From Escherichia phage PGN6866, in the sequence record MT127620: a stretch of DNA of 64,000 bases. One strand, 5' to 3'. Position 1 is the first letter of the stretch; each line of letters begins with the position of its first letter. Both the position numbers and the translations under genes were made by a program. Below the pieces are notes generated by a model. That model did no database searches, was not told the DNA's origin, and was given only the letters and a program-made list of their open reading frames with translations. Of this stretch, positions 57,714 through 64,000 are shown in pieces.

Positions 57714-58025
57714 CTATTTAAGTTTGAGGCTAATGTTAAGGTGCATACATGCCCTGTTCTGTACAGCAGCATAACTTCTACCGAGCATGTCAGCCATTCT
57801 CTGAATAGACATGAACCCAGCATTACGGATAAGGAACTGATCTTCTTCTTCAGACCACTTAACTCGGATTGAGGCTCTTGATATTCCGAATTTAGTACAA
57901 GCTGTGTTAACTGCATTCTCCGTTACATTCATAATCTGAGCAACTTCTTGAACCGAGTACTCTTTGATTAGTCTCCGAAGATTTTCAATCTGCATCGGAG
58001 TCCATATAGTTCTTCGTGCTTTCAT
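57714..58025 (-). CDS. Putative transcription regulator with two HTH-like segments
   Basis: YSVQEVAQIMNVTENAV and MSIQRMADMLGRSYAAV resemble sigma region-4 / HTH motifs. Confidence 0.5.
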   Translation of the reverse strand: MKARRTIWTPMQIENLRRLIKEYSVQEVAQIMNVTENAVNTACTKFGISRASIRVKWSEEEDQFLIRNAGFMSIQRMADMLGRSYAAVQNRACMHLNISLKLK

Positions 58026-58053
58026 ACATCCTCCAATTAGCTATTATTCAATT

Positions 58054-58199
58054 TGGTTACAGGTGTAGGATTCGAACCTACGCTCGGACTCCCTAGCCAT
58101 CACCAAAGGAATGCATCCAATGGGCATACGGTCATTCGACCACGGGCGACTGCTTTACCGTAGACTCTGCATTACTGAGTCCCATAAGCTATACCTGTA
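58054..58199 (-). ncRNA. tRNA-like element (147 nt): canonical T-arm, 7-bp acceptor-like closing stem, encoded CCA, ~70 nt extra internal sequence
   Basis: 5' tacaggt pairs with 3' acctgta; T-arm gtagg-ttcgaat-cctac; ends a-cca; no canonical D or anticodon arm found. Confidence 0.3.
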
Positions 58200-58559
58200 A
58201 TTAAAAGGTTGTTCCACATTTACCCTAAAGTTATTGGGGAGTACACTAGCTCTGGGCCACGCTGTAGATATCGGCCTACCTTCCACAGCTAATCAGCTAA
58301 TGTACTCTCCTAATAGTTTATGAATAGGGGGAGGGGACGAATCCTCCCTTATCCTATTAATTAATATTGCATGTAAGACCTAACAATCGGTTGCCTTTGT
58401 AGGAATAAGCGTTATGCTAATCCAGCACTAAACTCCCGCCCCCTTAGTGGGCTGGGTTATTAAAGGGTAACGCCCTTATGGGCTAGTTACATGAATGTTA
58501 GTTTGATAGGAGATCTGAAGTCCTATCTCAAAGGACTCTCGTAAGAATCCTTCACGATA

Positions 58560-58691
58560 TTACTTATTCATCTCTCGTCGGCTATCTCTCCAAGCCAACC
58601 AAGTGTAGGTTTTCAGTTCTTCAAAGTCTTCTGGAGAGAATAGATACTCTTTGAAGGTGTTTCCAAACCACTCTAAAAATTCTTTAGTCAT
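58560..58691 (-). CDS. Small hypothetical protein (43 aa)
   Basis: Hand-translated; TAATG coupling to upstream gene. Confidence 0.3.
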   Translation of the reverse strand: MTKEFLEWFGNTFKEYLFSPEDFEELKTYTWLAWRDSRREMNK

Positions 58692-58933
58692 TAGTCCTCA
58701 TACTTTTTGTTAGGAAGGATGAAATCCCACAGGGCAGCCCACAAGACAAGGGATATAAAAACCACAGCAACGATAGGCCATAGAAAAACTATAATTGCTA
58801 TCTTTGATAGGTTTGGTTCGTTGTTCCACCCTCTGAACTCCACACTACCTTTTACGTCAAGGAATTTTATCAGAGCTGAAACCATTACCATACCTGTCAA
58901 GTAAGTAATCAAGATACTAACAGGACTGATCAC
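58691..58933 (-). CDS. Small membrane protein (2-3 TM helices)
   Basis: Hydrophobic profile. Confidence 0.5.
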   Translation of the reverse strand: MISPVSILITYLTGMVMVSALIKFLDVKGSVEFRGWNNEPNLSKIAIIVFLWPIVAVVFISLVLWAALWDFILPNKKYED

Positions 58934-59090
58934 AAGGTTGATCTCCGCATGTTTTACAGATCACTGGTGAGTAACTACAGGCAGGGTATACTGACACCCC
59001 ATCAAATGTCTCACACCCACAGTCAGGGCATGTACCATTGGATTCCATGTCGTCGTCATCACACACTTCACCGCCACCAAAACAACTCAT
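58917..59090 (-). CDS. Small Cys-rich Zn-ribbon-like protein (57 aa)
   Basis: Hand-translated; CPDCGC...CKTCG motifs. Confidence 0.35.
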   Translation of the reverse strand: MSCFGGGEVCDDDDMESNGTCPDCGCETFDGVSVYPACSYSPVICKTCGDQPCDQSC

Positions 59091-59099
59091 ACAGACTCC

Positions 59100-59321
59100 C
59101 TAATAAACTAAACCTACAGCCTTTGCATCAGGTTGAGGGACTACCTTTGCGCTAGGGCGATAACCATCCACTGAACCGTTCCAAAGATTGACACAGGTGA
59201 TATATCCATCGTTTATGATGTCTGTTTTAATCCAGAAGTGTTTATCATGACCAAAAATACTTCCGTTTGGCAGCGTGGACAGCTCAACGGTTTTAAGGGA
59301 CTGCTTAGAGTCTAGTTTCAT
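59100..59321 (-). CDS. Small protein, paralogous family member
   Basis: VELSTLPNGSIF ... CVNLWNGSV pattern. Confidence 0.5.
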   Translation of the reverse strand: MKLDSKQSLKTVELSTLPNGSIFGHDKHFWIKTDIINDGYITCVNLWNGSVDGYRPSAKVVPQPDAKAVGLVY

Positions 59322-59328
59322 AATAACC

Positions 59329-59577
59329 TCAATTATCGTAGCATGTATTCCAATACATGTAGTTAACGTACGTTCTCGGTTTGATTCCGTACATGATGAA
59401 GTGAGTCTTCTTAATCCTTTCCTTCAGCTTGTAATAAAGGCCATCACTGAAGTTACCAATCTTTACTTGGAAGCGTAAGGAGCGAGCATCCATTCGAAGC
59501 ATAGAGATTAGCTGTACCCTACTACCTCCAGCCATCTCTTCAAGAAGCTTCTTTGTATTCCAATAATGAGCTGTCAT
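59329..59577 (-). CDS. Small hypothetical protein
   Basis: ORF. Confidence 0.5.
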   Translation of the reverse strand: MTAHYWNTKKLLEEMAGGSRVQLISMLRMDARSLRFQVKIGNFSDGLYYKLKERIKKTHFIMYGIKPRTYVNYMYWNTCYDN

Positions 59578-59578
59578 A

Positions 59579-59860
59579 TTACCACTCCTTACCGGTTGTT
59601 GTTACAGAACCACCACACCACTGCGCATCGGATAAGGTTTTAGTCTCCTCATCTACTGCTGCACCATTCAGGCATGAGATACCACTGTAACGCATATCAA
59701 TTTCACCAGAAGGAACCTTCTCGCCCTTATGCCAGCGAGAAACACAAACACCTTCCACTGCTACTGCACACCATCCATCAGGACGGCTCTGTACGCAGCC
59801 TGTAAGGGCTATGCAGACAAGGAAGATACAGATTAAGGATATTACACCACCCCAACTCAT
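59579..59860 (-). CDS. Small lipoprotein (candidate superinfection-exclusion or envelope-targeted protein)
   Basis: Signal peptide with lipobox ALTGC; RBS aggagg. Confidence 0.55.
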   Translation of the reverse strand: MSWGGVISLICIFLVCIALTGCVQSRPDGWCAVAVEGVCVSRWHKGEKVPSGEIDMRYSGISCLNGAAVDEETKTLSDAQWCGGSVTTTGKEW

Positions 59861-60000
59861 AACTACCTCCTATTTGATTTGGTGGACTATCTGGAATCGA
59901 ACCAGAAGCTCACTAAGAAAGTAATTCCCACTGTTATAAAAGCACTTGCCTCAACAGGGATACACTAACTCTGGTGCCGCACCCATACTAGCCCTAAATG

Positions 60001-60076
60001 TGGTGCGCCCTACAGGACTCGAACCTGTAACCAATAGCTTAGAAGGCTACTGCTCTATCCATTGAGCTAAGAGCGC
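60001..60076 (-). tRNA. tRNA-Arg (anticodon UCU), CCA encoded
   Basis: Manual fold: acceptor GCGCTCT/AGGGCGC, D-arm GCTC/GAGC, anticodon stem GTAGC/GCTAT with loop CTTCTAA, T-arm ACAGG-TTCGAGT-CCTGT. Confidence 0.85.
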
Positions 60077-60084
60077 AGAATTAT

Positions 60085-60249
60085 TTAGATCATATCTCGC
60101 TTGGTGATATGACCACATGTTTTACATCGAAGTATATAACGAGTACCTGTGTCTTCTATTTGACCGATCTCATTGTATATGTGTAAACGAATTTCTTTTA
60201 TTGTCTCCCAATCATGGAGATGGAAGAAACGTTTAAACCACTTGAACAT
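60085..60249 (-). CDS. Small hypothetical protein (start trimmed)
   Basis: ORF; C-terminal CKTCGH motif. Confidence 0.4.
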   Translation of the reverse strand: MFKWFKRFFHLHDWETIKEIRLHIYNEIGQIEDTGTRYILRCKTCGHITKRDMI

Positions 60250-60256
60250 ATTAACC

Positions 60257-60508
60257 TCAAGCACAAGCAGGGAGTGTGATGATCTTATACTTACCATCAA
60301 ACTCTCCAAATAAACCTAAGAATGTAGGACTGTAAGTACCAGTACAAACAAACTCATCAAACAGTGCGTTATAACTAGGCTTGATCTTCCAAGCCCATAC
60401 ATAGCCCATCTTATCGATTGCAATGTAACGAGTGTTCAGAGGAACAGTCATCATCACACTGTCAACTTCGATCACTTTAGTGATTGGTGCAGCTTGAAAG
60501 TTTTTCAT
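60257..60508 (-). CDS. Small hypothetical protein
   Basis: ORF. Confidence 0.5.
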   Translation of the reverse strand: MKNFQAAPITKVIEVDSVMMTVPLNTRYIAIDKMGYVWAWKIKPSYNALFDEFVCTGTYSPTFLGLFGEFDGKYKIITLPACA

Positions 60509-60738
60509 TATATAACCACCAATTTTAACGTTGCTTTATATTCTGTGACTGGAGCATCACCTGCAAATGAGAGCATGTGAGCGGGACAAGGTAGTCGCAC
60601 AGCTCGACCACCTGCAATCTTCATATAGAAACTCTTTTTATCATCAAGAAGATTGTCATCCAGTGTGAAGATGGACCCGACGGTCAGATCTCTGTATATC
60701 TTTTTAGTCGGTTTCGAAGAGTCTAGAATTATGTTCAT
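60508..60738 (-). CDS. Small protein, paralogous family member
   Basis: RDLTVGSIF ... pattern. Confidence 0.5.
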   Translation of the reverse strand: MNIILDSSKPTKKIYRDLTVGSIFTLDDNLLDDKKSFYMKIAGGRAVRLPCPAHMLSFAGDAPVTEYKATLKLVVI

Positions 60739-60911
60739 ACTTTACCTTTGATAAAAATGTCATTACCACAGACACAGCATGAACGAACAACAGTAGCGCC
60801 ACGCTGAACGATACGAACCTCTTCCTTAACCAGATTAACACGAGCACCACAGCAAGGAGAGTTGACATAAGAGTAACCAGCTTGCGTATGTTTGATTGTT
60901 TGCTTAGACAT
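60735..60911 (-). CDS. Small Zn-ribbon protein (58 aa)
   Basis: Hand-translated; SPCCG...CCVCG; RBS aagaggaag; ATGA coupling downstream. Confidence 0.45.
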   Translation of the reverse strand: MSKQTIKHTQAGYSYVNSPCCGARVNLVKEEVRIVQRGATVVRSCCVCGNDIFIKGKV

Positions 60912-60950
60912 TTTAGCTTCCTCTTGTTAGTTTAAGTAAGAGTTGTCCCT

Positions 60951-60985
60951 TAATTAAAACAACAAAGGCTGCCCGAAGGCAGCCT
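60951..60985 (-). terminator. Rho-independent terminator (aggcugcc-uucg-ggcagccu + U-rich tail on minus strand)
   Basis: Perfect 8-bp stem with UUCG loop. Confidence 0.6.
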
Positions 60986-60989
60986 CTCT

Positions 60990-61241
60990 TTATTGACTCA
61001 CACCACGAATCAGATGATTCTGTAGCGTCCCGTCTTCTGCATTATACAGGAATGCGAACATCAACTCCTTAGCCACATCTCTTGAGCAATTAAGACACTT
61101 GGAGATTTGCGTTAGTTGCATGTTACGTTCAGTGTGTTCCATCAAGGCAATGCGAATGATTTCTCGCATACCTATTACATGAATTGTTTTAACCGGCATA
61201 GGTCCAATTGCCTTGCTTGTTACGGATGGCTGACATTGCAT
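60990..61241 (-). CDS. Small hypothetical protein (start may be internal Met at 61199)
   Basis: ORF. Confidence 0.5.
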   Translation of the reverse strand: MQCQPSVTSKAIGPMPVKTIHVIGMREIIRIALMEHTERNMQLTQISKCLNCSRDVAKELMFAFLYNAEDGTLQNHLIRGVSQ

Positions 61242-61329
61242 GAATCCAGAAGCCTTCCAGTTTCAGAGCACCATTAGCTACTGCATCCATACGTTCAGGG
61301 CGGTTCATACGTTTGGTTGATATTTTCAT
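61189..61329 (-). CDS. Small hypothetical protein (46 aa)
   Basis: Hand-translated; weak RBS. Confidence 0.3.
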   Translation of the reverse strand: MKISTKRMNRPERMDAVANGALKLEGFWIHAMSAIRNKQGNWTYAG

Positions 61330-61573
61330 ACCTATCTCTCTTTGTTAGTGGAGGCATTATTGCCAGTTGATATAAGGGATAGCCCTAGTCAGTAGACTAA
61401 TCCTGACCGCGTACTCATTGCCGACCCTCTCTGCCTAAGAGTTCAGGTTCTAGAGCTATCTCTTATTCCAACTGGTGAAGACTCCCTACCCCTAGGAAGT
61501 CTCCTGAATCCCAAACCAATATGTACCCCTACATATCAGAAAGTCTTTCGAAAATTAACAGGTTTTAGTCTAA

Positions 61574-61678
61574 CACCGGATGTTCGAGCAAGCTCTCCCT
61601 AGCGGTGTGGCATATGCCTGAATTAATAAGTTAATGAGGAACACCCTCACATAGCCCTCTGATAAACACAAGGGCTAT
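61574..61678 (-). repeat. Conserved composite intergenic element, copy B
   Basis: See copy A at 55686-55799. Confidence 0.6.
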
Positions 61679-61687
61679 AAGTCGGTG

Positions 61688-61906
61688 TTACTTTTGAGTC
61701 AAATACAAATCAGGGCGAGGCATAACAGTGGTTGATGGATTGAAATTACCAACATAACCAGTGCTTAGATTGGCAGCCCTACGTAGTCCATTAGAGAGAT
61801 CGTCATCTAGCATCAGCCAGAATTTTTGATCATAAGAGAAAACATCTCCCCCTTTAAGGTCTTCCACATTTGCATATTTAGGAGTCTCAACTACTTTAAT
61901 TTCCAT
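61688..61906 (-). CDS. Small protein, paralogous family member
   Basis: VEDLKGGDVF ... ANLSTG pattern. Confidence 0.5.
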   Translation of the reverse strand: MEIKVVETPKYANVEDLKGGDVFSYDQKFWLMLDDDLSNGLRRAANLSTGYVGNFNPSTTVMPRPDLYLTQK

Positions 61907-62164
61907 CTACTTACCCTTGTTGGTAATAATAACATCATGAAGAAGAACAATCTTGCTTTTCGAGCTAAGCTTAAGGACTTGCTTATTTGTCAGACTAAGG
62001 ACGACACAACCACCATCAGAAGGTTTAGTCTCCTCGACCTGTGATTTGAACAACTGAACAACCATGTAGAAATCTGCCCGTGTTTCCCTGATTTGGAATA
62101 CATCTCCAATTTTGAGATCACCAACACATAGAGATGGTTCATTTACCTTCAAATCAATCTTCAT
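61907..62164 (-). CDS. Small protein, paralogous family member
   Basis: VGDLKIGDVF pattern. Confidence 0.5.
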   Translation of the reverse strand: MKIDLKVNEPSLCVGDLKIGDVFQIRETRADFYMVVQLFKSQVEETKPSDGGCVVLSLTNKQVLKLSSKSKIVLLHDVIITNKGK

Positions 62165-62414
62165 CTTTAGCCTCTATGTTGGTTATGTGGAGATCACTGC
62201 GTACTTGGCAAACTTCGTCCCGTTTAAAAGGCATGAGCTTTCCAGTTACCACATCAACACAGTTGACATAATTGTCTGCGTACAATGTGTCGGTTCTAAT
62301 GTAAAGAGAATCTTTACGCTCAAATAGAACGCCCGGCTTCATGTTATTTAAGCGAAGCATTGTACGATCGGATTTAATATTAACTTTCACTGTTAATCTC
62401 CTGCTGCTTAGCAA
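62154..62414 (-). CDS. Small protein, paralogous family member
   Basis: LRLNNMKPGVLF ... VDVVTG pattern. Confidence 0.5.
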   Translation of the reverse strand: MLSSRRLTVKVNIKSDRTMLRLNNMKPGVLFERKDSLYIRTDTLYADNYVNCVDVVTGKLMPFKRDEVCQVRSDLHITNIEAKDED

Positions 62415-62676
62415 TAGCTACTCGCAAGTCTTCATTAGCACGAGCAAGGCGCAACACTTCATGATTAAGGTTCTGAAGACGTTTGTTTCTGTCTTCAACT
62501 TGCATAATAAGATCGTTGAGTGTTACTTTAACTTTCTCATTATACATCTCATCCACTCGGACTAGTGATTTATACATTCTTTCCCAGCTTGCTGCTTTGT
62601 TTCTGAGAACAATAAATCCTATAACGCTGATAGTTAAACAGCTTACAAAAAGGAATTTATATACTTCTAAAGTCAT
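62380..62676 (-). CDS. Membrane-anchored coiled-coil protein
   Basis: N-terminal TM helix then heptad-like charged region. Confidence 0.5.
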   Translation of the reverse strand: MTLEVYKFLFVSCLTISVIGFIVLRNKAASWERMYKSLVRVDEMYNEKVKVTLNDLIMQVEDRNKRLQNLNHEVLRLARANEDLRVAIAKQQEINSES

Positions 62677-62876
62677 ATCATTTTACCCTTTATCAGAGAT
62701 TAAAAGTAATATTATTTAAGTAAGTTATATTTAGTAAACTTATTTTCTAAGAAATTTTCAAAGGGTCTATATACAGAGCATTACCCATAGTCCCAGAATA
62801 CTACCATCTTTTTCGATAAATTTACTAAGTGGTTGGTTTATAAAGGAATTTAGTTTGTCAAATCTGGCACTAGTGA

Positions 62877-63317
62877 TTATTCCCTAGAGCTATTATCGAA
62901 CACTAAATCACCACAATACATAGGATTGGCATACCATTTTGGCACCCCTTCGCTCTTACTCTGAAAGTAAGTCCCACTGTACAGAGGAACATAATTCTTC
63001 TTAAGGGCACGTTTAGCTAGCCGCTCGCTTTCTCCAATGGCTTGCTTAGTCATCGGATTTTTATCACGAATCAGCTTTACATAACGTTTATAAGGTTTCT
63101 CCTGTTTTAATAGTACCGGAATCCACTCAAACTGGTTCTTTTGTCTTATCACCTGTTCAGCGGTCAGTTTTCGTTGGGCCATTCTATTTATCACGGTATC
63201 CGCAACTAAAGCCTTACATGCGGTTGGCTGGTTCCCTGCCTCATAATAAATAGTCAATGTCAACATTAGCTGTGCCGTTGTTATCAGAACTTGATACCTC
63301 CTATTTTGTTGTTTCAA
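62877..63317 (-). CDS. Cell wall hydrolase, SleB-like (Hydrolase_2 family)
   Basis: LTIYYEAGNQ...VADTVINRMA...QKNQF pattern. Confidence 0.6.
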   Translation of the reverse strand: MKQQNRRYQVLITTAQLMLTLTIYYEAGNQPTACKALVADTVINRMAQRKLTAEQVIRQKNQFEWIPVLLKQEKPYKRYVKLIRDKNPMTKQAIGESERLAKRALKKNYVPLYSGTYFQSKSEGVPKWYANPMYCGDLVFDNSSRE

Positions 63318-63376
63318 TAAACACCCTCGAAAAGATGCTTATAGAAACACCCCTCCCTTTCGGGAGAGGCACTATC

Positions 63377-64000
63377 TTACCACTCGTAACTTACACCAGC
63401 GCCCAGAACAGCGTCACTCTCTGAAGTCATTGCCACTGATGCTTTAGTTACTACGTTTTCATTGAAACGAGCACTAACACCAACAGCAAGAGCAGATTCA
63501 CCATCGTAAGCACCTACCCCAGCACCAACAGAGAAAGCAGATCCTTGACTTACTTGCGGGATGTTAGCCATTGCAGCCACGCCAGAAATACCAGCAGAGG
63601 CATGATCACGGTTACGGTCTACTTGTTTTTGCAAAGAAGCAAAACGTTTGTTGGTGGATTGTTCCAGAGCTTTGATGGATTTGGCGTTAGCATTAACGGC
63701 AGACATATCTGCATCTTTACCATTTTTGCCATTTAATCCGTCAACGCCATTCAAGCCTGCTGCACCAGTTAGGCCAGTTTCGCCTTTCTTACCATCTGCA
63801 CCAGAATCACCTTTTTCACCTTGAGCGCCATCTTTACCATCAATGCCATCTTTACCATCAATGCCATCTTTACCATCAATGCCATCTTTACCATCAATGC
63901 CATCTTTACCATCAATGCCATCTTTACCATCAATGCCATCTTTACCATCAATGCCATCTTTACCATCAATGCCATCTTTACCATCAATGCCATCTTTACC
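63377..64000 (-). CDS. Collagen-like (Gly-X-Y) repeat protein with YadA-type C-terminal anchor domain; N-terminus beyond window
   Basis: Frame is open upstream of the track TTG start and reads continuous G-X-Y triplets; C-terminus AGISGVAAMANIPQ...SVGAGVGAY...AVGVSARFNEN...GAGVSYEW. Confidence 0.6.
   Translation of the reverse strand, partial: GKDGIDGKDGIDGKDGIDGKDGIDGKDGIDGKDGIDGKDGIDGKDGIDGKDGIDGKDGAQGEKGDSGADGKKGETGLTGAAGLNGVDGLNGKNGKDADMSAVNANAKSIKALEQSTNKRFASLQKQVDRNRDHASAGISGVAAMANIPQVSQGSAFSVGAGVGAYDGESALAVGVSARFNENVVTKASVAMTSESDAVLGAGVSYEW
63826..64000. repeat. Perfect 18-bp tandem repeat (atcaatgccatctttacc, ~10 copies, continues past window end)
   Basis: Identical units; encode (GKDGID)n on the minus strand. 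Confidence 0.9.

Noticed and set aside
57689-57916. 75-aa minus-strand ORF overlapping the HTH regulator gene
   Set aside because: Alternative frame within 57714-58025, which has the recognisable HTH motifs.
58326-58347. gggagg-ggacgaat-cctccc hairpin resembling a T-arm
   Set aside because: The loop does not fit the T-loop consensus and no flanking acceptor pairing exists.
59881-59960. T-arm-like hairpin (tctgg-ttcgatt-ccaga) followed by tagtcca-c-cca, suggesting a second tRNA
   Set aside because: No 5' acceptor strand complementary to the 3' end and no D or anticodon arms could be built at any reasonable spacing; possibly a tRNA remnant.
55686-61608. TAGGGAGA in the conserved intergenic motif resembling the T7 promoter start (TATAGGGAGA)
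   Set aside because: The upstream 17 nt are not conserved between copies, and no single-subunit RNA polymerase gene is present in the window; similarity is probably limited to the GGGAGA core.
63769-63993. Track ORF encoding MALMVKMALMVK... repeats
   Set aside because: Out-of-frame reading of the perfect 18-bp tandem repeat; the in-frame reading is a Gly-X-Y collagen-like sequence continuous with the downstream YadA-anchor ORF.

Overview
The window reads as one contiguous stretch of a tailed dsDNA bacteriophage genome; I see no rRNA, CRISPR array or host housekeeping genes. Two convergent modules meet at a bidirectional terminator near 23.02 kb. (1) Plus strand, 1-23008: late/structural genes. 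These are a 5'-truncated probable major capsid gene whose last codons carry a G_GGA_AAG slippery heptamer leading into a -1 frame Ig-like (Big_2) ORF, at least four tail-fibre/spike-like genes, a GH24 lysozyme, an SLT-domain virion protein, two paralogous Q/N/G-rich proteins and a ~1470-aa coiled-coil protein, separated by GC-stem/UUCG-loop terminators. (2) Minus strand, 23.1-64.0 kb: early/middle genes. These include a family A DNA polymerase (polymerase domain only) with a DnaQ-like exonuclease encoded ~10 kb away, a T7 gp4-like primase-helicase, a candidate SSB, flap endonuclease, ThyX, dCTP deaminase, thioredoxin, PhoH, a HAD-type phosphatase, a sigma-70-family factor, four HNH endonucleases, an overlapping spanin pair, tRNA-Arg(UCU), and many small ORFs including an eight-member paralogous family. 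The most interesting region is a ~9.4 kb minus-strand cluster (45668-55049) encoding a GGCT-like protein, an ATP-grasp enzyme, a class II glutamine amidotransferase with Zn-ribbon modules (apparently initiated at AUU), a GS-fold amidoligase, a second amidoligase-like protein and several unknown proteins: a predicted amide-bond-forming system with no known product or target. Other notable items are a SLOG/macro-domain pair around the sigma factor, a Dps-like gene, a CCA-enzyme-like nucleotidyltransferase, a collagen-like protein with a YadA-type anchor built from perfect 18-bp repeats, a 147-nt tRNA-like element, and a two-copy ~110-nt intergenic cassette. The gene content and a recurring TAATGTATA motif are reminiscent of phiEco32-like coliphages, but I cannot verify that without a database search. 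All domain calls rest on motifs recognised by eye in the translations; no searches were run.
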